A stretch of 32,000 bases of DNA from Caldimicrobium thiodismutans (GTDB taxonomy: Bacteria > Desulfobacterota > Thermodesulfobacteria > Thermodesulfobacteriales > Thermodesulfobacteriaceae): NCBI RefSeq assembly GCF_001548275.1, contig NZ_AP014945.1:1650001-1682000 (forward strand). The letters are read 5' to 3'. Within the stretch, counting starts at the first letter, position 1. Each line of letters begins with the position of its first letter. This document shows, piece after piece, positions 24,791-32,000 of this stretch. A program made the position numbers and the translations under genes. The notes below the pieces were generated by a model, which had not been told where the DNA came from, did no database searches, and saw only the letters and a program-made list of their open reading frames with translations.

Positions 24791-26872
24791 ATGACACCTG
24801 AGGAACTTAAAATTTTGAAGACCACCAGAAACATTGGAATTGTTGCGCACATTGACGCAGGGAAAACTACAACTACAGAGAGAGTCCTTTACTATACAGG
24901 TAAGACCTATAAGATCGGTGAGGTGCACGAAGGCACAGCGGTTATGGATTTTATGATTCAAGAACAGGAGAGGGGCATTACTATTACCTCTGCCTGCACA
25001 ACCACCTTTTGGCGAAATCACAGAATTAACATCATTGATACCCCAGGACATGTGGATTTTACTATTGAAGTAGAGAGAAGTTTAAGGGTTCTTGATGGGG
25101 CTGTGGTGATCTTCTGTGCGGTAGGAGGAGTTGAGCCTCAGTCAGAGACAGTCTGGAGACAGGCGGATAAATACAGGGTTCCTCGTATTACCTTTGTCAA
25201 TAAAATGGATAGATTGGGGGCTAATTTTTACAGAGTTCTTGAGGAGATGAAAGCTCGCCTTGGGGCTAATCCCCTTCCTTTACAGATTCCATACGGGGCT
25301 GAAGAATCCTTTGTTGGAGTAATAGATCTCATAGAGATGAAGGCTATTGTCTGGGAAGAAGAGACTTTGGGAGCTAAATTCCATGACGAAGAAATTCCAG
25401 CCCATCTAAGGGATCAGGCTGAAGAATACAGAATCATGATGCTTGAGAAGCTTGCAGATGTTAATGATGAGATAATGGAAAAATATCTTGAGGGACAGGA
25501 AATCTCCCCAGGTGAGATAAGGAAGGCTATTAGAGAGGCTACCTGTCAGCTAAAGCTTGTCCCAGTGCTTTGTGGATCGGCCTTCAAGAATAAAGGAGTG
25601 CAGCCTCTACTTGATGCTATTGTGGATTATCTTCCTTCACCTCTTGATATCCCTCCAGTTAAGGGTATTAATCCTAATACCGGTGAAGTTGAGGAAAGAC
25701 ATACTGATCCATCAGCCCCTCTTTCTGCCCTTGCCTTTAAGATTATGACAGACCCCTTTGTGGGGACCTTAACCTTTTTAAGGATTTATTCAGGTCGGAT
25801 TGAGACTGGAATGAATGTTTATAACTCTACCAAACGAAAAAAAGAAAGGATCGGAAGACTTGTGAGAATGCATGCCAATCAAAGAGAAGAGATAACAGGG
25901 GCAGCAGCTGGAGACATTGTTGCGGCTCTTGGTCTAAGGGTTACTACAACTGGAGATACCCTCTGTGATGAGGCTAACCCTATAGAGCTTGAAAAGCTTG
26001 AGATTCCTGAGCCAGTTATCTCAGTTGCAGTTGAACCAAAAACCAAGGCTGATCAGGAAAAGTTATCTCTTGCTTTGCAAAAGATCTCCCTTGAAGACCC
26101 CTCTTTTAGGGTTTCAATCAATCATGAGACAGGGCAAACCTTGATTTGGGGAATGGGAGAGCTTCATTTGGAAATTATTGTGGATAGATTGATTAGAGAG
26201 TTTAAAGTGGGTGTAAATGTGGGAAGGCCAGAGGTAGCTTATAAAGAGACTATTACAGCCTCTGCTGAGGCTGAAGGTAAATATATTAGACAAACGGGTG
26301 GACGTGGACAATATGGACATGTTAAGTTAATTGTTGAGCCAAATCCTGGAAAGGGAGTTGAGTTTGTCTCTGAAATCGTGGGTGGAGTTATCCCAAAGGA
26401 GTTTATCCCCTCTGTTGAAAAGGGTGTAAGGGAGGCGGCTCAGGAAGGGGTTCTGGCTGGTTATCCAGTAATTGATGCTAAGATTCGCTTGATTGATGGA
26501 TCATATCATGAAGTGGATTCTTCAGATCTTGCCTTTGCTATTGCAGGTTCTATGGGATTTAAGGAGGCTTGCAAAAGAGCAAATCCTGTGTTATTGGAAC
26601 CTATTATGAAGGTTGAGGTTGTCCTGCCCGAGGAATATCTTGGTGAGGTTCTGGGGGACCTTTCTTCAAGAAGAGGAAGGGTTGAAGGAATGGATATGAG
26701 GGGTAATGTTAGAGTAATTAGGGCCTTTGTTCCCTTAGGGGAGATGTTTGGCTATGCTACTACCCTGAGGTCTTTAACTCAGGGAAGAGGCACTTTTACC
26801 ATGCAATTTGATCACTATGAAAAAGTGCCAGCCCATCTGGCAGAAGCCATAATAAAGAAAGCTAAAGGATAA
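24791..26872 (+). CDS. fusA: elongation factor G
   Basis: 693 aa. [32 protein letters not shown] and NKMDR G-motifs, with full-length EF-G similarity. Confidence 0.98.
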   Translation: MTPEELKILKTTRNIGIVAHIDAGKTTTTERVLYYTGKTYKIGEVHEGTAVMDFMIQEQERGITITSACTTTFWRNHRINIIDTPGHVDFTIEVERSLRVLDGAVVIFCAVGGVEPQSETVWRQADKYRVPRITFVNKMDRLGANFYRVLEEMKARLGANPLPLQIPYGAEESFVGVIDLIEMKAIVWEEETLGAKFHDEEIPAHLRDQAEEYRIMMLEKLADVNDEIMEKYLEGQEISPGEIRKAIREATCQLKLVPVLCGSAFKNKGVQPLLDAIVDYLPSPLDIPPVKGINPNTGEVEERHTDPSAPLSALAFKIMTDPFVGTLTFLRIYSGRIETGMNVYNSTKRKKERIGRLVRMHANQREEITGAAAGDIVAALGLRVTTTGDTLCDEANPIELEKLEIPEPVISVAVEPKTKADQEKLSLALQKISLEDPSFRVSINHETGQTLIWGMGELHLEIIVDRLIREFKVGVNVGRPEVAYKETITASAEAEGKYIRQTGGRGQYGHVKLIVEPNPGKGVEFVSEIVGGVIPKEFIPSVEKGVREAAQEGVLAGYPVIDAKIRLIDGSYHEVDSSDLAFAIAGSMGFKEACKRANPVLLEPIMKVEVVLPEEYLGEVLGDLSSRRGRVEGMDMRGNVRVIRAFVPLGEMFGYATTLRSLTQGRGTFTMQFDHYEKVPAHLAEAIIKKAKG

Positions 26873-26893
26873 AAACATTTAGGAGGAAAAGCT

Positions 26894-28093
26894 ATGGCCA
26901 AGCAGAAATTTGAGCGTAAGAAGCCCCACTTAAATGTAGGAACAATAGGACACATTGACCACGGTAAAACCACATTAACGAGTGCAATAACCAGGGTTTT
27001 ATCTACGAAGGGGTATGCCCAGTGGATACCCTTTGATAGCATTGATAAGGCCCCTGAGGAGAAGGCGCGTGGAATAACCATTCAGCTTGCCCATGTGGAG
27101 TATGAGAGTGATAAGAGGCACTATGCGCATATAGATTGTCCGGGGCATGCGGACTATATAAAGAACATGATAACAGGAGCAGCGCAGATGGATGGAGCGA
27201 TACTTGTGGTTGCGGCAACGGATGGGCCTATGCCGCAGACGAGGGAGCATGTATTACTTGCTCGTCAGGTGAATGTTCCAGCGATGGTGGTGTTTATGAA
27301 CAAGATAGACATGGTGGATGATGCGGAGTTACTTGATTTAGTTGAGCTTGAGGTGAGGGAGTTATTGAGCAAGTATGGATTTCCTGGGGATGAGGTGCCA
27401 GTGATAAGGGGTAGTGCCTTGAAGGCGCTTGAGTGTGGGTGTGGAAAGGAGGAGTGTCAGTGGTGTGGGGCGATATGGCAGTTGGTGAAGGCGATGGATG
27501 ATTATATACCTGAGCCAGTTAGGGATATAGATAAGCCATTTCTTATGCCGGTTGAGGATGTGTTTAGTATAAGTGGTAGGGGTACGGTAGTGACAGGAAA
27601 GGTGGAGAGGGGGGTATTGAAGCCTGGAGAGGAGGTGGAGATAGTAGGGTTAAGGCCAACGATAAAGACGGTGGCAACGAGTCTTGAGATGTTCAGGAAG
27701 ATACTGGATGAGGCGTTACCTGGAGACAATGTGGGGGTGTTGTTGAGGGGAGTTGGGAAGGATGATGTGGAGAGGGGTCAGGTATTAGCGAAACCTGGGA
27801 CGATAAAGCCGCATACGAAGTTTAAGGCAGAGGTATATGTATTGAAGAAGGAGGAGGGGGGTAGGCATACACCTTTTTTTAATGGATACAGGCCACAGTT
27901 TTATTTTAGGACAACGGATGTTACAGGGGTAGTGAGTTTACCGGAGGGAGTGGAGATGGTGATGCCTGGAGATAATGTGGAGTTTGAGGTGGAGTTAATA
28001 AAGCCGGTAGCGTTGGAGGAGGGATTGAGGTTTGCGGTGAGAGAGGGAGGAAGGACGGTTGGAGCTGGAGTTGTAACCAAGATTATAGAATAA
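26894..28093 (+). CDS. tuf: elongation factor Tu (with a 4-Cys insertion in domain I and atypical codon usage)
   Basis: 399 aa. [19 protein letters not shown] and NKIDMV motifs. Canonical position after fusA. Confidence 0.98.
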   Translation: MAKQKFERKKPHLNVGTIGHIDHGKTTLTSAITRVLSTKGYAQWIPFDSIDKAPEEKARGITIQLAHVEYESDKRHYAHIDCPGHADYIKNMITGAAQMDGAILVVAATDGPMPQTREHVLLARQVNVPAMVVFMNKIDMVDDAELLDLVELEVRELLSKYGFPGDEVPVIRGSALKALECGCGKEECQWCGAIWQLVKAMDDYIPEPVRDIDKPFLMPVEDVFSISGRGTVVTGKVERGVLKPGEEVEIVGLRPTIKTVATSLEMFRKILDEALPGDNVGVLLRGVGKDDVERGQVLAKPGTIKPHTKFKAEVYVLKKEEGGRHTPFFNGYRPQFYFRTTDVTGVVSLPEGVEMVMPGDNVEFEVELIKPVALEEGLRFAVREGGRTVGAGVVTKIIE

Positions 28094-28114
28094 AAGAGGT
28101 GAGGAGTTCCAGAA

Positions 28115-28426
28115 ATGATATACTCACAAAGAATTAGGATTAAACTTAAAAGCTATGACCACCGGGTGCTTGATAAATCTGTTGTAGATATAGTGCAGAC
28201 AGCTAAGGAGACAGGAGCAAAAATTGTAGGCCCTATTCCTTTGCCAACTAAAATTAGCCGGTGGACGGTTTTGAGGTCTCCCCATATTGACAAGAATTCA
28301 AGAGAACAATTTGAGGTAAGGGTCCATAAAAGGCTGATTGAAATTTTAGAACCCTCTCAGCAGACCATTGATGCCCTAATGCAGTTGGAATTACCTGCTG
28401 GGGTAGAGGTTGAAATAAAGACTTAG
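28115..28426 (+). CDS. rpsJ: 30S ribosomal protein S10
   Basis: 103 aa. [14 protein letters not shown]...PLPTK...[14 protein letters not shown]. Confidence 0.97.
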   Translation: MIYSQRIRIKLKSYDHRVLDKSVVDIVQTAKETGAKIVGPIPLPTKISRWTVLRSPHIDKNSREQFEVRVHKRLIEILEPSQQTIDALMQLELPAGVEVEIKT

Positions 28427-28444
28427 GGTTAGGGAGTGATCAAG

Positions 28445-29080
28445 ATGAAGATAGAGGGAATTGTTGGAAAAAAGCTTGGAATGACAAGGATCTTTGACGA
28501 AGAAGGGAACAGTATCCCTGTAACAGTGCTTGAAGTTGGCCCCTGTGCTGTGGTTCAGGTAAAGAGGGCTGAAAAGGATGGATATAATGCTATACAGGTA
28601 GGCTTTAATCCTAAGAAACTTACTAAGTGCACGATGCCTATGATAGGGCATTTCCTTAAGGCTGGTTTAGATAGTGGGTATTACATTTTAAGAGAATTTA
28701 AAGTTGCTAATATAGAAGATTTTAGCCCTGGACAGATTATTACTTTAAAGGATCTGGAAATTTCTAAAGGTATGAAGGTAGATGTAGCTGGAATTACAAA
28801 GGGAAGGGGATTTACTGGTGGTATTAAGAGATGGAATTTTCAGAGACAACCTATGAGCCATGGTGCCAAGAAGGTGCACAGGAAAAGGGGGTCCAGTGGA
28901 GCAAATACCTTTCCTGGAAGGGTAATAAAGGGAAAGAAAATGGCAGGCCACTATGGTGCAGAAAGGGTAACTATTAAGAATTTAAAGGTAGTTGATATAT
29001 TACCAGATAAAAATCTTTTGCTGGTTCAGGGTGGGGTTCCCGGAGCACCCAATGGTTATGTTACAGTCTATTTTAAGTAA
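28445..29080 (+). CDS. rplC: 50S ribosomal protein L3
   Basis: GIVGKKLGMTRIFDEEG... I prefer ATG 28445 (SD AGGGAG 8 nt upstream) to the track's GTG at 28436. Confidence 0.95.
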   Translation: MKIEGIVGKKLGMTRIFDEEGNSIPVTVLEVGPCAVVQVKRAEKDGYNAIQVGFNPKKLTKCTMPMIGHFLKAGLDSGYYILREFKVANIEDFSPGQIITLKDLEISKGMKVDVAGITKGRGFTGGIKRWNFQRQPMSHGAKKVHRKRGSSGANTFPGRVIKGKKMAGHYGAERVTIKNLKVVDILPDKNLLLVQGGVPGAPNGYVTVYFK

Positions 29081-29092
29081 GGGGTAAGATCT

Positions 29093-29725
29093 ATGACAGA
29101 GATAAAGGCCAAGCTTATCGGCGATACAGGTGAGGTTAAGGGGGAAGTTGATTTACCTCTTGATATATTTGGAGTAGCTCCCCGGGAGGGTCTTCTCCAT
29201 GAAATAGTCAGATGGCAGATGGCCCGGTGGAGGGCTGGAACTGCATCAACCAAGACTCGCTCTGAGGTTAGAGGGGGAGGGAAAAAGCCCTGGTCTCAAA
29301 AGCATACAGGAAGAGCAAGACAGGGATCAATTCGTGCTCCCCAATGGGTAGGTGGAGGAATTGTGCATGGTCCTAAACCCAGAAGCTATGAATTCAAGTT
29401 AAATAAAAAGGTTAGAAGGCTTGGATTAAAAATGGCTCTTTCAAGTAGGGCCTTAACGGAGAATGTCTATGTAGCAGAGACCTTTCCTGGTCTTGAGAAA
29501 CCCAAAACAAAAGTAATGGAAGACTATCTCAAAAGGGCTGGACTTAAGTCTGCATTAATTGTGCTTCCTGAGAGGAATCAACTTCTTGAAAAGAGTGTGG
29601 ATAATTTGCCTAATGTTAAGGTTTTGGCTGTAGAGGGTCTTAATGTTTATGATATACTTAATTTTGATAGCCTGATTATTGATAGGAATGCTATTTCTAA
29701 ATTAGAAGAAAGACTGAGGAGATAA
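29093..29725 (+). CDS. rplD: 50S ribosomal protein L4
   Basis: 210 aa. TKTRSEVRGGGKKPWSQKHTGRARQGSIRAPQWVGGG. Confidence 0.97.
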   Translation: MTEIKAKLIGDTGEVKGEVDLPLDIFGVAPREGLLHEIVRWQMARWRAGTASTKTRSEVRGGGKKPWSQKHTGRARQGSIRAPQWVGGGIVHGPKPRSYEFKLNKKVRRLGLKMALSSRALTENVYVAETFPGLEKPKTKVMEDYLKRAGLKSALIVLPERNQLLEKSVDNLPNVKVLAVEGLNVYDILNFDSLIIDRNAISKLEERLRR

Positions 29726-29728
29726 AAG

Positions 29729-30019
29729 ATGAAGGATCCAAGAACAATAATTTTAGCACCTATAATAACAGAAAAGAGTATGCTTTTGAAGGAAGGCAAT
29801 AATCAGGTTTCTTTCTGGGTAGACCCTAAGGCTAATAAGATTGAAATTAAGAAGGCGGTAGAGGAGTTATTTAAGGTAAAGGTTCTTGATGTCCAGACGA
29901 TAAGGTCTAAGGGAAAGCCCAAGGGTGGTTACAGAAATCCTGGTAGAACAAGTTTAAGAAAAAAGGCTATTGTCAGGCTTGCTGAGGGCCAGAGTATAGA
30001 ATTTTTTGAAACTGTGTAA
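29729..30019 (+). CDS. rplW: 50S ribosomal protein L23
   Basis: 96 aa. [10 protein letters not shown]...[22 protein letters not shown]. Confidence 0.96.
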   Translation: MKDPRTIILAPIITEKSMLLKEGNNQVSFWVDPKANKIEIKKAVEELFKVKVLDVQTIRSKGKPKGGYRNPGRTSLRKKAIVRLAEGQSIEFFETV

Positions 30020-30036
30020 AAGGAGGCGAAGTTTTT

Positions 30037-30861
30037 ATGCCTATAAAAAAGTCCAAGCCCACATCAGCGGGGAGGAGATTTCAGACCATCTTAATTAATC
30101 CTGAGTTGACACCTAAGGAGCCAGAAAAATCGTTAACTGAGCCTCTTAAAAAAACTGGTGGCAGAAACAATTACGGTAGAGTTACCCTTAGATTCAGAGG
30201 GGGTGGTCATAAAAGACTATATAGAATTATTGATTTCAAGAGAGACAAAGATGGGATTCCTGCTAAGGTTATAGCCTTAGAGTATGATCCCAATAGGTCA
30301 GCTAATATTGCCCTTTTACAATATATGGATGGTGAAAAGAGATATATCCTTGCCCCGCAAGGCTTAAAGGTTGGGGACACAGTGATGTCTGGAGAGTCTG
30401 CGGAAATCAAGGTTGGGAATGCCCTACCTTTAAAGAGTATACCTGTTGGAACTATGGTGCATAATGTAGAGTTGAGGCCAGGCAAGGGTGGACAGTTAGC
30501 CCGTTCAGCTGGTGCTTTTGCTCAGCTCCTTGGAAAAGAAAAAGATTATGTTATATTAAGACTTCCTTCTGGAGAGATTAGAAAGGTTCATGGAAATTGT
30601 AAGGCAACAGTTGGTCAGGTGGGAAATCTTGAATGGGAAAATGTTATCTGGGGTAAGGCAGGAAGAGTCAGGTGGAGGGGAAGGAAACCCCATGTGAGAG
30701 GGGTTGCCATGAATCCTGTGGACCATCCCCTTGGTGGTGGTGAGGGTAAGACCCATGGTGGTAGACATCCCTGTTCACCCTGGGGCCAGCCTGCTAAAGG
30801 GCTTAAAACTCGCCGTAAAAAGGCCTCAGACAAACTAATACTTAAAAGAAGAAAAGGTTAA
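30037..30861 (+). CDS. rplB: 50S ribosomal protein L2
   Basis: 274 aa. [19 protein letters not shown] and [17 protein letters not shown]. Confidence 0.98.
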   Translation: MPIKKSKPTSAGRRFQTILINPELTPKEPEKSLTEPLKKTGGRNNYGRVTLRFRGGGHKRLYRIIDFKRDKDGIPAKVIALEYDPNRSANIALLQYMDGEKRYILAPQGLKVGDTVMSGESAEIKVGNALPLKSIPVGTMVHNVELRPGKGGQLARSAGAFAQLLGKEKDYVILRLPSGEIRKVHGNCKATVGQVGNLEWENVIWGKAGRVRWRGRKPHVRGVAMNPVDHPLGGGEGKTHGGRHPCSPWGQPAKGLKTRRKKASDKLILKRRKG

Positions 30862-30876
30862 GAGGTGAGGTAAAAG

Positions 30877-31164
30877 ATGCCCAGATCTAAGAAAAAAGGC
30901 TTTTTTATTGATGATCATCTTTTTAAGAAGGTGCTTAAGGCAAGAGAGGCAGGGGATAAGAAACCGATTAAGACCTGGAGCAGAAGATCAACCATTATTC
31001 CTGAAATGGTTGGGCTTACCTTAGCGGTGCATAATGGGCATAAATTTATTCCTGTCTATGTTACAGAAAATATGGTTGGGCACAAACTTGGTGAATTTGC
31101 CCCTACAAGGACCTATAAGGGGCATCCTGCGGATAAGGGAAAGGTTTCTGGTAAAAAGAAATAA
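30877..31164 (+). CDS. rpsS: 30S ribosomal protein S19
   Basis: 95 aa. [26 protein letters not shown] and [24 protein letters not shown]. Confidence 0.98.
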   Translation: MPRSKKKGFFIDDHLFKKVLKAREAGDKKPIKTWSRRSTIIPEMVGLTLAVHNGHKFIPVYVTENMVGHKLGEFAPTRTYKGHPADKGKVSGKKK

Positions 31165-31176
31165 AGGAGGTTAACC

Positions 31177-31530
31177 TTGAAAGCCAGAGCTACAGCAAAA
31201 TATATTTTAATTTCTCCTTATAAGGCAAGATTGGTGGCTGATTTAATAAGAGGCAGAAAAGTTAGTGAGGCTATAAATATCCTTGATGCTACCCCAAAGA
31301 AAGCCTCTCGATTGATTAAGAAGGTTTTACTAAGTGCTGTAGCTAATGCAGAAAACAACTATGGTCTTGATGTGGATAAGCTATTTGTCACTGGGGCTTA
31401 TATTAATGAAGGGCCAGTGCTAAAGAGGGTTTGGCCAAGGGCCTGGGGAAGGGCAAGTAGAATTTTGCGGAGAATGAGTCATATTACCATTGAGGTAGAA
31501 GAAAAAGAAGAGAAAAGGAAGAGGAGGTAA
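31177..31530 (+). CDS. rplV: 50S ribosomal protein L22 (TTG start)
   Basis: 117 aa. [34 protein letters not shown] upstream. Confidence 0.96.
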   Translation: MKARATAKYILISPYKARLVADLIRGRKVSEAINILDATPKKASRLIKKVLLSAVANAENNYGLDVDKLFVTGAYINEGPVLKRVWPRAWGRASRILRRMSHITIEVEEKEEKRKRR

Positions 31531-31533
31531 GCC

Positions 31534-32000
31534 TTGGGCCAGAAAGTTGATCCAAGAGGATTGAGAATTGGGATTACCAGAACCTGGGAATCACGCTATG
31601 TAGCTAAACCAAGAGAGCTCCCTAAGTTTGTCCAGGAGGATTATCAGATACGAAAGTATCTGAAAGAGAAATATTATCATGCTGGAATTCCAAAGATTGA
31701 AATAGAGAGAGCGGGAAATAATGTAAAAGTTATTATCTATTCAGCCAGGCCGGGTATTGTTATTGGAAAGAAGGGAGCTGAGATAGAAAAGATAAAAAAA
31801 GAACTTCAAAAGAGATTTAAGGAGAGAGAGATTGAGGTAAGTGTTGAGGAGATTAGAAGGCCTGAGCTTGAGGCTCAACTGGTAGCTGAAAATATTGCCC
31901 AGCAGATTGAAAGAAGGGTCTCTTTTAGAAGGGCCATGAAAAGAGCAGTGACCTTGGTGATGAGATTTGGAGCACAGGGAGTTAAATTACAGTGCTCTGG
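31534..32000 (+). CDS. rpsC: 30S ribosomal protein S3, N-terminal part (TTG start; 3' end outside the window)
   Basis: Not in the ORF track because it has no stop in the window. My translation is [24 protein letters not shown]...[21 protein letters not shown]...[13 protein letters not shown], which matches S3. SD GAGGAGG lies upstream. Confidence 0.93.
   Translation, partial: MGQKVDPRGLRIGITRTWESRYVAKPRELPKFVQEDYQIRKYLKEKYYHAGIPKIEIERAGNNVKVIIYSARPGIVIGKKGAEIEKIKKELQKRFKEREIEVSVEEIRRPELEAQLVAENIAQQIERRVSFRRAMKRAVTLVMRFGAQGVKLQCS

Noticed and set aside
26999-27729. Four antisense or off-frame ORFs within tuf
   Set aside because: They are a by-product of the purine-rich, G3-biased codon usage of tuf, which leaves few stop codons on the complement. 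EF-Tu is unambiguous.
30207-30833. Antisense ORFs within rplB
   Set aside because: They are shadow frames of a universally conserved L2 gene.

Overview
32-kb window from a low-GC (roughly 40%), probably thermophilic diderm bacterium. The evidence is K/E-rich proteins, TolB, a TonB-dependent receptor and type IV pilins. A Thermodesulfobacteriota- or Aquificota-like lineage is only a low-confidence guess.

Layout:
(1) 1-4212, + strand: sppA 3' end, an IHF-beta-like::Ppx/GppA fusion ORF, guaB, pilC.
(2) 4.2-10.4 kb, patchy accessory stretch: an untracked 55-aa Cys-rich zinc-ribbon ORF, a repeat-rich coiled-coil protein with a PD-(D/E)XK-like C-terminus, a TonB-dependent receptor, two tandem Cys-rich type IV pilin paralogues, and a frameshifted IS256-family element.
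(3) 10.6-22.9 kb, mostly minus strand: holB, murA, prmC, a methyltransferase, uppP, corA, an Rpn/YhgA-like nuclease, an Rrf2 regulator plus an Fe-S hydro-lyase beta subunit (+ strand), a 4-OT tautomerase, a PaaI thioesterase, tolB, and a homocitrate/Re-citrate-synthase-like enzyme fused to a Cache-like domain.
(4) 23.3-32.0 kb: a CBS-pair protein, then the str operon (rpsL-rpsG-fusA-tuf) running directly into the S10 operon (rpsJ-rplC-rplD-rplW-rplB-rpsS-rplV-rpsC').

No rRNA, tRNA or CRISPR array was seen.

The strongest non-genic signal is a family of six intergenic inverted-repeat (MITE-like) elements of 105-260 bp. All six have the same orientation, and each lies 34-79 bp upstream of a minus-strand start codon.

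Other notable points:
- tuf codon usage (ATA/AGG/AAG/NNG) is unlike its operon neighbours.
- EF-Tu carries a CxC-x4-CxxC insertion.
- There are two unusual domain fusions.
- The Rpn-like gene has an internal SD+ATG, compatible with an intragenic small protein.

All homology calls come from motif recognition by eye. No searches were run.
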